A DNA stretch of 64,000 nucleotides. It comes from Gloeobacterales cyanobacterium (GTDB lineage: Bacteria; Cyanobacteriota; Cyanobacteriia; Gloeobacterales; PMM-0068). The notes beneath the pieces were generated by a model. The model made no database searches, was not told where the DNA came from, and saw only the letters and a list, made by a program, of their open reading frames with translations. Within the stretch, counting starts at the first letter, position 1. Each line of letters begins with the position of its first letter. The DNA is taken from NCBI GenBank assembly GCA_038245785.1, contig JBBRSB010000002.1, positions 256,001 through 320,000 on the forward strand, read 5' to 3'. Shown one piece after another: positions 16,834 to 26,687 of the stretch. The position numbers and the translations under genes are program-made.

Positions 16834-18930
16834 TCAAGTTCCCGGCACAACCTTCACAGGCGCAGGCGACGGCGGGGGAGAAACATTAAAAGTCGGAGAA
16901 TTTTGAGGACTGGTGGCGGGTTGTTGTGATGTAGGGCTATTGGGAGCTGCAGGTTGTTGCGGAGTAGATGCAGGTTGCTGCAGCGCCGGAGAATTCGATT
17001 TATCGACTGGATCTAGGGTCGGCACAGAAGCTTGAGGAGCCCGGCTTAGATAGGGTGTGATATATACCAGCAGTTGATTATGGGTCTTTTCCTCTCTAGT
17101 ATCGCTGAAGAATTCTCCAACTAGCGGTAAATACCCCAACAGAGGCAAGCGCGTTTTTACTTCGTTAACATTCTCTTGGATTAATCCACCAATTTCTAAG
17201 GTTTGACCATCTTCTAGAATCAATTTATTAGTGACTTTTCTCCGGTTTACATCAGGAGCTACATCTACACTGTCTCTTCTTCCAGGGACGGAGGATTCAA
17301 TGCTGAGGGAAGCAAATACTTTGCCATCCCCACGAATAACAGGCTCAATCTCAATAACATTTCCAGCTCGAATGGTCTGGAATTGACTGCTGACAGATGA
17401 AGTGCCTCCTGTACTGATAGGCGTTGTGATACGCACATTGATATCTTGGCTAACATCGATCGAGGCTTTTTGACCACTCATGGTAGTCAGCTTCGTATCC
17501 GTTAGAACTCTCCCTTTATTCTCTGTAACCAAGCCTTGGACAATGCTCAATGCACGAGCTATGTTGTTCAAGGAAGAAAAGCCATTGGCCCCTGCCCCCG
17601 CGAGCGAGCTAGCTAGACTGATAGGATTTGCATCACCACCTTGAACTCCTGTTGCATTCGAGGCAGCAGCTTTTAGAATATTGAAGTCTCTATTACCATC
17701 ATCGTTTAACTGATAAGCCTTGACCGAAAAACTAACTTGCTGGATTGGAGTATCTACAGAACGCACAAAACTTTTTATACTCGTCTGGAAGTTTGAGGGA
17801 CCTGAGACGATCAGGGCATTACGGGCAGCATCCACCTTAATCCCTTGAGAACGGGTATCCGGAGGAAGAGAAGCCAATACATCTTTAGCATCACTATGGA
17901 CTAGCTTAAGCACTTGCACATCATCAAAATTGCGAGCGGTGGGAGAACCAGGAGTAGCATCTCCTACTCGATAGGTATCGCCATCCCGAATAAATCCAAA
18001 GTTAGTCCCGAGCAGTAATTGCTTGAGCGCATCCTCGAACGGTCTTGAAACCAAACGGGCCGTTACAGGTTCGGACAACTCACCGTTGATTACAATATCA
18101 ACCCCCACTTGATTCGCCATTTCCTGCAGCGTTACATTGAGCGGGGTGGAATTGGCAACAACAGAAACCAATCTGCGGGCGGGATCTCCTTGAAATTCTT
18201 TGGGGTTCAAAGACCGCAAGGGATTAGGGTTACTCCCGCCACCACCAGAAGCGTTAGGCTGCGGCGCCCCAGGCTGGCTAACTACAAAAATATCTCCTAC
18301 TTTTTCACTGCGGAGACCGGCGGCACTGGTCAAAGACTTTAGCGCTTCATCAAAAGTGGTGTTTTCTAGATTCAGCGTCACTTTCCCCTTTACTTCTTGA
18401 TTAGTGACAATACTGGTTTTAGAGACTCGACTCAGAAGCGTCAAAGCATCCCGCACATCCCCATCCCGCACCTTAAGGTTGACCCGAGGACCTGTTTTCG
18501 AGGGCTGGGAAGCAGGCTGTACGAATAAAGATGGGTTATCCAAAGACTTCGCAATCGGTTCTGCTGGCTTAATAGACTCCAGCACTAGCCCAGAATTCTG
18601 CTTATTTTGCTTAAAGATATAAGCCAAGCCATTGCCCGAAAAGTCCACGGTCATCTGTACCCCCTGAGCATTCTCAGCTAGGTTCACGCGGCCTACATTG
18701 GCCGTGTATTGGGGACTGAGAGAACCTATCTTGGCTCCAGGTAGGAGCACGACTACTTGTTTGGCATCTTGCTTCAGCACGCGATAGCCAAATGTTTCAT
18801 TGGCCGATAGTTCCAAGCCATTGTTGGTTGGATTCAATTGCGTCAGGGTGGGGGTCGCCAGGAGAGGAAGCTGAGTGGAAAGAAGTACTCCTAATACCGT
18901 CAGTGCAGAACTGAGCATTGTCTTGTTCAT
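16834..18930 (-). CDS. Outer-membrane secretin (GspD/PilQ family)
   Basis: Signal peptide, two STN-like repeats, VDAARNALIVSG N-domain, DGQTLEIGGLI and LPLLGYLPLVGEFF secretin motifs; P/Q-rich tail. Confidence 0.9.
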   Translation of the reverse strand: MNKTMLSSALTVLGVLLSTQLPLLATPTLTQLNPTNNGLELSANETFGYRVLKQDAKQVVVLLPGAKIGSLSPQYTANVGRVNLAENAQGVQMTVDFSGNGLAYIFKQNKQNSGLVLESIKPAEPIAKSLDNPSLFVQPASQPSKTGPRVNLKVRDGDVRDALTLLSRVSKTSIVTNQEVKGKVTLNLENTTFDEALKSLTSAAGLRSEKVGDIFVVSQPGAPQPNASGGGGSNPNPLRSLNPKEFQGDPARRLVSVVANSTPLNVTLQEMANQVGVDIVINGELSEPVTARLVSRPFEDALKQLLLGTNFGFIRDGDTYRVGDATPGSPTARNFDDVQVLKLVHSDAKDVLASLPPDTRSQGIKVDAARNALIVSGPSNFQTSIKSFVRSVDTPIQQVSFSVKAYQLNDDGNRDFNILKAAASNATGVQGGDANPISLASSLAGAGANGFSSLNNIARALSIVQGLVTENKGRVLTDTKLTTMSGQKASIDVSQDINVRITTPISTGGTSSVSSQFQTIRAGNVIEIEPVIRGDGKVFASLSIESSVPGRRDSVDVAPDVNRRKVTNKLILEDGQTLEIGGLIQENVNEVKTRLPLLGYLPLVGEFFSDTREEKTHNQLLVYITPYLSRAPQASVPTLDPVDKSNSPALQQPASTPQQPAAPNSPTSQQPATSPQNSPTFNVSPPPSPAPVKVVPGT

Positions 18931-20045
18931 GGGAGCTTGAGCACCTGTCGTTGTTTACCTTTGGTGAGGGTGACCGTTTCATCCGTGATGATAGCGACCG
19001 TCCATCCCTCTATGGCCGCGCCTACTTGCACTTCTGCCGTAAGGGGCTGATCTCCAACCCGCACAATGGCAAACTTTGTTTTTCCGTCTGTGGCCACTCC
19101 CTCTAAAGAAAGTACTGCTGGCAGCACTTTGGGCGGCGGCGGCAAAGGTTGAGGCTTTGGCGCTGCTACTGGTTTTGGCGCGACCACTGGCTTGGGTTTT
19201 GGCGCTTTAGGATAAGCGGGCGAAAAGGGATTTTGGGGACCACCCGCTGCAGTTCCGGTTTCGGAGCTAGAAGCAAGAGGAGACATATAGGATTCGCTGG
19301 GAGATTGAGGAGAGGTTGTCTCTGGCGCAGTTGTTCCCTTTTGATTGTTAGGACTCGCTGTACTTGGACTATCCGCAGGAGCAGCCTCTGGCACATACCC
19401 TGGCCCAGGCTTAGAGGAATCGCCTGAGGGTGCCCCAGGTGATACTCGAGACCGCATGGGCCGTACCGGGATAGGGGAGTTTGAGGTCGCAGGAGGGGTG
19501 GATGTTGCCGTAGTATTATTCTTCCCTGCTAGGGCACTCGGTTGCGCATCTAAATTTTTAGGAATGCTATTGGCTGTCCAGAGCACCCCTACACCCAGAA
19601 CAACGACCGCTGCCGCCGTAACATAGCCCCACGATGGGACATTTTGCCAAATATCAGAGGTAAGTTTTTTGGGCTGCAGTAAATTTTTCGAGGGACCCGG
19701 TGGGGAGGGCGTCTGGGGAACTGTTGGGGACCGATAAGCAGATTGATCGGCTATGTCCCGATACGTAGATGGGGCGGGTGTATCTCTGTCTTCCCAGGGC
19801 AAAGGCGCAGAGGAAGTGGTTCTCGAATTGGCTGCTCCTGCTCCCGCTTGCCACGGGAAAGCATCATCGGCACTAGGTAGCTGAGGACTGGAAGAGGGTT
19901 GTTCTGTCTCGCCTTCGGCTATCTCACCGCTCATGAAAACGTCTTCTCCATAAGAGATCGACGCATCAGCATCATCGCCTATAAAAGGCTCTTCCCACGG
20001 AGCGCGGGGGCGTTTTGGATCTTCTGTGGGAAACGGCTGGCTCAT
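18927..20045 (-). CDS. Pro/Ser-rich bitopic protein with GspC/PilP-like C-terminal domain
   Basis: One TM helix; LSLEGVA...FAIV...GAAIEGWTVAIITDETVTL resembles the GspC-HR/PilP fold; lies between ATPase and secretin. Confidence 0.65.
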   Translation of the reverse strand: MSQPFPTEDPKRPRAPWEEPFIGDDADASISYGEDVFMSGEIAEGETEQPSSSPQLPSADDAFPWQAGAGAANSRTTSSAPLPWEDRDTPAPSTYRDIADQSAYRSPTVPQTPSPPGPSKNLLQPKKLTSDIWQNVPSWGYVTAAAVVVLGVGVLWTANSIPKNLDAQPSALAGKNNTTATSTPPATSNSPIPVRPMRSRVSPGAPSGDSSKPGPGYVPEAAPADSPSTASPNNQKGTTAPETTSPQSPSESYMSPLASSSETGTAAGGPQNPFSPAYPKAPKPKPVVAPKPVAAPKPQPLPPPPKVLPAVLSLEGVATDGKTKFAIVRVGDQPLTAEVQVGAAIEGWTVAIITDETVTLTKGKQRQVLKLP

Positions 20046-20047
20046 AG

Positions 20048-21604
20048 TCAGATAGTCACTACCCTGAGAACTTCTTCAATAGAGGTTTTTCCTTCCATTA
20101 CTTTTTGTACTGCTGATTGGTTAAGAGAACGCTCACCCAAGTTTTGTTCCAGATGGTCCCGCATCTGTTGCTCACTCGCACGGTCACGAATCATCTGTCT
20201 CAGCGGTCCATCTACAGGCATCATTTCAAATATTCCTTCTCGACCGAGATAGCCCATATGATTGCACAGATCGCAACCCACAGGCTTTTGCCAACGGGTA
20301 GCAGAAGGGACCTTTTCTATGCCTAAACGGCGAATATCCAAGGGGTTAGGCTCATATTCCTGACAACAATGAGGACAGATCTTACGAACCAGACGCTGGG
20401 CCACAACCCCTAGCAAAGAGGCCGCCAGCAAATAGGGCTCAATTCCCATATCTAAGAGACGATTAACCGTACTGGGTGCATCGTTGGTATGTAGAGTACT
20501 CAAAACCAAGTGACCCGTGACCGCAGCTTGAAAGACCGTCTGGGCCGTCTCTAAGTCACGAATTTCTCCCACCATAATCACGTCTGGATCTTGACGCAGG
20601 ATGGACCGCAATCCAGAGGCAAACGTCAAACCAGCTTTTGGATTCACCTGGACTTGATTGACCGAAGAAAGTTGATACTCTATCGGGTCTTCAATAGTAA
20701 CGATGTTCTTAGTGGGCGTCAGGACATTCATCAATCCGGCATAGAGCGTACTGGTTTTTCCTGAACCTGTAGGCCCTGTGATCAATACCAAGCCCTGGCT
20801 ATAGCCCAACCATGAGCGAAACCGTTTGAGTTGCTCAAAGGAAAAACCGACTTCTTCAATCTGAAAGGATTGAGTTTTGGGCAAAAGACGGATAACTGCT
20901 TTTTCCCCATGGAGACAAGGCAAGGTACTCACCCGCAGGTCTACTTCCACCTGTCCAAAACGCTCTGTAGAGCGGCCATCCTGAGGTGTCCGCTGATTCG
21001 CAATATCGAGTTCTGCCAAAACTTTTACGCGCGCCAGGACCACTTTGCTTAAATTGGGCGACATCAAAGCTACTTCTTTGAGCAAGCCATCTATACGAAA
21101 ACGCACCAGCAATCCCTGGGGCATCGGTTCAAAGTGAATATCAGAAGCTCGACACTCGAGAGCATCCAGAATAAGTTGGCGGACCTGTTCAGAGATCTGA
21201 CGTTCATCCAACTCTGCACCAACGGTAGTCATCACTTTGGATGGCTTGTTCGATGGCTCAGGGGAGCGCATAGAAGAAAATGGAGGAGCAGAGAGAGAGG
21301 CAGCAGAATCTGCTACTCCTTTCAGATGCTCATAGCAACATTCCTGCCAGAGTGCGTAGTCCTCCATATCCAGGAGGGTCCACTCTATCGGAGGATTCTT
21401 TAGTTTTTGGCTCAAGTTCGCCTGTACAAAAGCGTCTACTGGTTCAAAGTGCCCCAAATATAAGGTCGGAGCAACATAACTCAGCGGAACAATGTCCCTC
21501 AAAGCCTCCCCAAGAATATTGCGCAGAGAGAGGATTAGTCGGTCATCTAGTGCATAGTCACGAAGAAATGCACGCGTAGATTGTAGGGGAGAGGGAGGAG
21601 TCAT
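20048..21604 (-). CDS. GspE/PilB-family secretion ATPase
   Basis: ASDIHFEP, PQDGR, GPTGSGKT, TIEDPIE, LRQDPDVIMVGEIRD, TGHLVLSTLH, CxxC...CxxC. Confidence 0.95.
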   Translation of the reverse strand: MTPPSPLQSTRAFLRDYALDDRLILSLRNILGEALRDIVPLSYVAPTLYLGHFEPVDAFVQANLSQKLKNPPIEWTLLDMEDYALWQECCYEHLKGVADSAASLSAPPFSSMRSPEPSNKPSKVMTTVGAELDERQISEQVRQLILDALECRASDIHFEPMPQGLLVRFRIDGLLKEVALMSPNLSKVVLARVKVLAELDIANQRTPQDGRSTERFGQVEVDLRVSTLPCLHGEKAVIRLLPKTQSFQIEEVGFSFEQLKRFRSWLGYSQGLVLITGPTGSGKTSTLYAGLMNVLTPTKNIVTIEDPIEYQLSSVNQVQVNPKAGLTFASGLRSILRQDPDVIMVGEIRDLETAQTVFQAAVTGHLVLSTLHTNDAPSTVNRLLDMGIEPYLLAASLLGVVAQRLVRKICPHCCQEYEPNPLDIRRLGIEKVPSATRWQKPVGCDLCNHMGYLGREGIFEMMPVDGPLRQMIRDRASEQQMRDHLEQNLGERSLNQSAVQKVMEGKTSIEEVLRVVTI

Positions 21605-21857
21605 AGATCAAAAACTTTATTGTTTACTTTGTATAGTTCCTTGACATCTGTCTAGGTTAACAGGCCTTTTTCAAGGGTCCAGGTAATTTGCGTCACTTGT
21701 GACGGACAAATATAACGCATTTAGCCCCTGATCGTCGTCGGTAATGATGCCCTATGGTTAGGTAGAAATTAAGTGGAAATATAGATCGGGTAGGGTCAGA
21801 GCTTTCGTCTTAAACTTACAACAGGTGCAGCAGGTCTTCAATTAATTAATCTGAATT

Positions 21858-22385
21858 ATGAACACTCCCAAGCGCCCCGCTCAAGGGTTTGCCCTCTTAG
21901 AAGTCATTGTTTCAGTGGTGGTGGGAACGCTTGTTTTAGCTTTCCTGGTACGCCCTTTGAGTGCTGCCTTGATCAACCGTCTGCAGAGTGACCAGATCGC
22001 ACAAGCAACTGAATTGGCCCAAGAGCAGGTGGAACTGGTACAGCACACTTGGCGAGACAATCCCAGCCTTTTGCCATCCTATGGAAGCGATGAGACAACC
22101 CCTTTCAGGGCCATTGCTACAGACGCCCGCCTCGGAATCTTGAGTGATCCAAACTTAGTGCCTATGGACCATCCTGATATTCAGAGCGTTGGTATTGACC
22201 AAAATCAAGATGGGAAAGCTGATTTTATCCTGCAATGCTTCGCGGGCAAGTCGCCCAATCTCACGGAAGTAGGTTCTCAAACCCAACGTTCGGTAGTTCG
22301 TATCTACAAAGCACCCCTCAAACCAGAAGATTCACCTAAACCTCTGGCCCTAATCGTGAATGATATTTACGTGGGTAAGTCATGA
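21858..22385 (+). CDS. Prepilin-like (minor pilin/pseudopilin) protein 1
   Basis: Class III signal G|FALLEVIVSVVV. Confidence 0.85.
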   Translation: MNTPKRPAQGFALLEVIVSVVVGTLVLAFLVRPLSAALINRLQSDQIAQATELAQEQVELVQHTWRDNPSLLPSYGSDETTPFRAIATDARLGILSDPNLVPMDHPDIQSVGIDQNQDGKADFILQCFAGKSPNLTEVGSQTQRSVVRIYKAPLKPEDSPKPLALIVNDIYVGKS

Positions 22386-22939
22386 AGCTTTGGGACTATG
22401 GCTATAAAAAGCGTCTCAACGCAGGATTCACGCTGGTTGAAGTCCTGATTACTATTAGTGTGATGGGTATTCTTGCCAGTGTCGCCATTCCCAATATCGT
22501 AGGCTTACTGGAGCGCCAGCAGCTACAGCAAGGCATTGGGCAAGTAGAATCGCTACTTCATCAGGCTCGTCAGTATGCACTCAGTCAAGGAGTGACTACT
22601 TCCGTTCAGTTTGATGAACAGAACAACACGATCACGGCTTGTGAAAGCACGCTTGAATCTCAGTGCAATGGGCGAACTATCCAGACGCTACAGCTAGGTT
22701 CAATAGAACTCATCAAGAGTGCTTTGCAAGGCCCAAAGGGTGAACCTGACCGCAGTCTAGCCTTTGACTTTAGAGGATATCTGCTTACCCCCGAAGATGT
22801 CCTACAGCCGATTACGCTCAGACATTCCCGAAATCTGAATCTCACTCGTAGCATTTACCTCGTTTCGATTTTAGGAACAACCTGGGATGCTCCAGCCGCC
22901 GCCATTCCTGAGAATGAGAGCGTGCCCAATGCCTCATAG
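22382..22939 (+). CDS. Prepilin-like protein 2 (FimT/GspH-like)
   Basis: G|FTLVEVLITISVMGILASVAIP; LHQARQYAL; LAFDFRG. Confidence 0.88.
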   Translation: MKLWDYGYKKRLNAGFTLVEVLITISVMGILASVAIPNIVGLLERQQLQQGIGQVESLLHQARQYALSQGVTTSVQFDEQNNTITACESTLESQCNGRTIQTLQLGSIELIKSALQGPKGEPDRSLAFDFRGYLLTPEDVLQPITLRHSRNLNLTRSIYLVSILGTTWDAPAAAIPENESVPNAS

Positions 22940-23636
22940 AATATTCAAGCTCAGAAAAAATCGTGGGGTAACAGGAGTAAGCCTTGTAGAACTTTTGGTG
23001 GCGGTGGTTATCTCTGGCATTATTATCTCCGCCATGATTGGAGCCTTTGTCACCACAGCAGGTAAGAGTGTCAAAGAAAGACGCCTAGCTGAAATTCAAG
23101 AAGAAAATCATCTAGCCTTAGATTTGATGAGCACTGAAATCCAAGAGGCTGCTTGGATTTCCAAAGACAGTGGGAAACTCTTAGAACTACCCAATGGCAA
23201 AGTAGTCTTTAGCCTATTACTACCTTCTGCCCAAGGTTATTCGTTAGTCGTGTATGCCCTATCGGCACCGACCGAAGAATTGTCCCCCGTACTCCAATCT
23301 TATCTTGCCAAATTGCAGTCACCGATAGCCCTTTATCGTTGGCAGTCAGTGCCTTTAGATCTTGATCCGAAAGACCCTATCTTTCCCCAAAAAGTTGCTC
23401 CTGACCTCAAACAACCCCAACTCGTAACAGCCTTTTTGCGCTCATCACCAGCGTTAGGAGGTGAACCAGCGCTCCGCTTTCTAGAAGAGCAAAAAGATGG
23501 AACTATTGCCGGAGGAGAACTCATCCTTAGAGGAGATAATCCAAGCCAACCCTGTGCAGACATAGGCGCAGATATAAACTGTGCCAATTTAGAAATAGCG
23601 ACCAGAGCATACAGTAGAAATATTCAGCCACCATAA
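22929..23636 (+). CDS. Prepilin-like protein 3 (PilW/GspJ-like)
   Basis: G|VSLVELLVAVVISGII; ALDLMSTEIQEA; ATG 22929 preferred. Confidence 0.82.
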   Translation: MPHRIFKLRKNRGVTGVSLVELLVAVVISGIIISAMIGAFVTTAGKSVKERRLAEIQEENHLALDLMSTEIQEAAWISKDSGKLLELPNGKVVFSLLLPSAQGYSLVVYALSAPTEELSPVLQSYLAKLQSPIALYRWQSVPLDLDPKDPIFPQKVAPDLKQPQLVTAFLRSSPALGGEPALRFLEEQKDGTIAGGELILRGDNPSQPCADIGADINCANLEIATRAYSRNIQPP

Positions 23637-24246
23637 GCAAAACGACGAACAAGTATTTTCCAAGCTAACGTATTTATTGCAACACTTTACAAATCATTAA
23701 ATAAATACAGGATTGCAAGGCATTCCCTTACTCAAAGAATGCCCCAAACAAGCATCTAGTCTTAGTTTAGACAACTGGTTAGATGCTTAAAAGGCTTGGC
23801 TTCACAGATTTTTTGCAACAAAGCAATTCATTTCCGTACCTTGTCCGTATGATTTAGTAAAGCGTTTTGCCTGTAACCATATCTTGAGAAGAGTTTGATG
23901 AAAGCGCAAGTAAATCCTATTAATCGAGTCAATGCTCGAAGAGGTTTGCGTATCTCTTCGAGGAGTTAGAGTATTAATATACTTAATTTTCCAGGCTAAG
24001 CACTTAAGGGTATTTGCGATTACTTATTGCTTTAAAGTAAAGCTCCATACAAAAGGCATGAAAGGGCTTATTTGCGTGTATTTAAAGATACAAGCAAATG
24101 TTGATTTTGAATGATAGCCTTCTGTGCAACTCCACATAAGAAGACCTTCGAGAGAGATCAAGTTTTAATCTGTAGACGCAACTGCACGTTATCGAAACTT
24201 CTTGGTGGATAAATCAGCTAACTCCGACTAACAGGACTTTATTCAC

Positions 24247-25380
24247 ATGAATTTTCCACTTTTTATGAGGGGCTCTGTTGTAGCTGCGTTTCTCCTCGCA
24301 GCTACGCTGCCCGCTGCCCATGCGCAGCAGGCAGCCGTTGAGCCAGCGGCTGCCGAGGCTGCTGTTGACGAAGGGGCTCCTGACAATGGAGCAAACGCTG
24401 CCGTAACGCCCGGTGAACCAGTCCCATCTATTCCTAATAATGCCAAGTTTGACCCACGGGTTTTAGACAATCAGCTTATTGCGCCTACGGCACCGAATTG
24501 GAGTGTGCCTAGCCGCAATTTTGATCCGAGGCGCTTCATCTTGCCTCCTCCTCCTAAGAATCAGTCTGCACAAACCAAGCGTGAAATCCGCGAGCTGAAC
24601 GCTCTAGCCGCAACCCGTAATGACCCGAATGTGATTGCGAACATCAACCGCTGGAATGATGATCCACCTCCGCAGTACTTCAATTTGTATTTTGATTACC
24701 TAACTCAAACGACGGCCGGATTTACGCCTCCATTAGCAGCGCGCTGCTATGCCATGTTGAACCAGGGCCTTTATGAAGGGCTGATCGCTGCTTGGTATAA
24801 CAAATTCACCTACTTGCGTCCTCGCCCAGACCAAGTCACTAATTTTACCTTCACCCCGGACCCAGCCATGTTCACCAATGGGGCAGGGGGACGAACGGAT
24901 TCAACAGGTAAAGTCACTTCTCCTCCTCACCCTGCTTATCCCTCCGGCCATTCCACTTCTGCTGGCGTATTCATGGCCATCGGTCCATCATGCTTCACCA
25001 ATGAGCCCGTAGAAAATTTTGTGGCCCTTGGGCGGGAATCTTCTCTAAGTCGTCGACAAGGTGGGGTGCACTACTACTCTGACTCTGTCGCTGGAGAAGC
25101 TTTGGGTTATGCCGTAGGCAGTGCCCTTGTCAATGACTTTAGCCGAGATGGTTCTCCACGTGGCGGTGGGACAGCGCAAACGACCTACACCCGTATTGGT
25201 GGGGTGGCAGGTGGTGCTATTCAAGCTGCCCTTAACCCTCGTCCTACGGTCACTGTTACTACAGGACCTCAGCTAGGGGCTGACGGCAAGATCTTCCTTG
25301 CACCGATCAAGCCATTCCCAGCTCCACCTCCCGTCAAACTTCCTCCAGATCCGATCATTGTTATTCCTCGTGCACGATAA
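24247..25380 (+). CDS. Exported vanadium-dependent haloperoxidase / PAP2-superfamily phosphatase
   Basis: KFTYLRPRP, HPAYPSGHS, SRRQGGVHYYSD; signal peptide ending AHA. Confidence 0.85.
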   Translation: MNFPLFMRGSVVAAFLLAATLPAAHAQQAAVEPAAAEAAVDEGAPDNGANAAVTPGEPVPSIPNNAKFDPRVLDNQLIAPTAPNWSVPSRNFDPRRFILPPPPKNQSAQTKREIRELNALAATRNDPNVIANINRWNDDPPPQYFNLYFDYLTQTTAGFTPPLAARCYAMLNQGLYEGLIAAWYNKFTYLRPRPDQVTNFTFTPDPAMFTNGAGGRTDSTGKVTSPPHPAYPSGHSTSAGVFMAIGPSCFTNEPVENFVALGRESSLSRRQGGVHYYSDSVAGEALGYAVGSALVNDFSRDGSPRGGGTAQTTYTRIGGVAGGAIQAALNPRPTVTVTTGPQLGADGKIFLAPIKPFPAPPPVKLPPDPIIVIPRAR

Positions 25381-25399
25381 ATAGCTGGGTGAAATTAAG

Positions 25400-25474
25400 A
25401 AGACCCCCTATAGTCCCCCCTTGCCACTAGGCATAGCCTTCCCGGAGGGTGGGGGACGGCGATAGCCGGGGGTT
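25400..25474. repeat. REP-like repeat with nested SDR-like core, copy B
   Basis: Near-identical to 9247-9320. Confidence 0.85.
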
Positions 25475-25494
25475 CCATGTCTGATCTATTAACA

Positions 25495-25542
25495 AAAGCG
25501 ATGGGCCGTGCTTCTCAACTTGGAAGCACAGCCCATTTTTTT
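25495..25542. terminator. Probable intrinsic terminator between convergent genes
   Basis: atgggccgtgcttc...gaagcacagcccat followed by a T-run. Confidence 0.65.
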
Positions 25543-25565
25543 AAGAGTTGACCTAGAGATAACGT

Positions 25566-26429
25566 TTAGGAAATTTTCAGAAGACTCTGCTGGTGCCTCC
25601 ATACCTGTGGTGTAAAGCCATAGATCCGATGAAATTGCCGAATGAAATGCCCCGTATCGAGATATCCCACCGCCTCAGCAATTCGACGAATAGATTGGTT
25701 GGTGCTTAGCAGCAAGAACTGTGCTTCAGTCAGTCGATATTCAATAATCCAGTTCAGGATAGTTTTTCCTGTCTCTCGTCGTACTAAGTCCGTTAGATAC
25801 GCAGGAGAGCGCCCCACGGCTTTGGCTACATCGCAGAGGCTAATCTGACGAGCATAGTTGAATTTGATGTAATGAAACACTCTTTGGAGCAAAGGCAGGG
25901 GTAAAGAGGGTGCCTTTTTTAACTGAGGAGCAATTAATCGAGTAGTATCAATCAAGAGTAGCAACAGCAGGGCGTGGATAGCTTCTCCAAAGCCTAAAAA
26001 CTGCCCATGAAATTCATCATATAGATGTTGAATATTGGCGAGTAATTGTGGATATTGTTCTTGAGCAATATGGAAATGTCTAGTATTTGGCTCTGTGGGC
26101 TGTAAAAATTCCCACAGCATTTCTTCTACAGGCGTGGACAAACTATCTAGATTCTTTACCTTAAAATTGATAGTCCAGCTCTTTGTATTGACTAAGCCAC
26201 TCGAATCATGAATCTCCCCAGGTGCCATGATAAAGAGATCGCCAGGCATTGCTTGAACTCTCTTCCCACCTAGGTATTGCCATCCTTCTCCTTCCTCGAT
26301 GAAGCGCAGTTCATAGTAGGGATGGATATGCGCCTGTACAGGCTGTTCCCCAGAAGAAAGCACTTGAATTGGCAGGAAGACGGGAGACCGCACATCAGCT
26401 ACAGACTGGGACACTAACATATCAGGCAT
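25566..26429 (-). CDS. AraC-family transcriptional regulator (cupin + double HTH)
   Basis: HIHPYYEL cupin; ISLCDVAKAVGRSPAYL; IAEAVGYLDTGHFIRQF...GFTP. Confidence 0.92.
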   Translation of the reverse strand: MPDMLVSQSVADVRSPVFLPIQVLSSGEQPVQAHIHPYYELRFIEEGEGWQYLGGKRVQAMPGDLFIMAPGEIHDSSGLVNTKSWTINFKVKNLDSLSTPVEEMLWEFLQPTEPNTRHFHIAQEQYPQLLANIQHLYDEFHGQFLGFGEAIHALLLLLLIDTTRLIAPQLKKAPSLPLPLLQRVFHYIKFNYARQISLCDVAKAVGRSPAYLTDLVRRETGKTILNWIIEYRLTEAQFLLLSTNQSIRRIAEAVGYLDTGHFIRQFHRIYGFTPQVWRHQQSLLKIS

Positions 26430-26687
26430 CTCCTAAAGGAATGGTTTGCAGAAAAACTACATAGGACTTAAGAAAGTCCCCGAATTCTCTGTAGGCACTT
26501 ATGTTTTAAATCATCAACCAAGCAAAGTCAGGGTGGAAAAGTTATAAGAAGGTTATTGAAGGTAAGGTCCTGCTAACTTTCTCTGCATTCGTATTTCTCT
26601 GGCATGCCGCTACTTTCCCCGGAAGAAGTTTTGGCGTGGGGGATGGGGATACCTCTACGATGGATAGCGTAACGTTATAGACCGATC

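Noticed and set aside
21690..21705. CGTCAC-TT-GTGACG palindrome as a CRP site
   Set aside because: Half-site orientation and spacing do not match TGTGA-N6-TCACA; too short to assign.
23932..24114. 60-aa ORF in the haloperoxidase leader
   Set aside because: No RBS or motif; likely chance ORF in AT-rich DNA.
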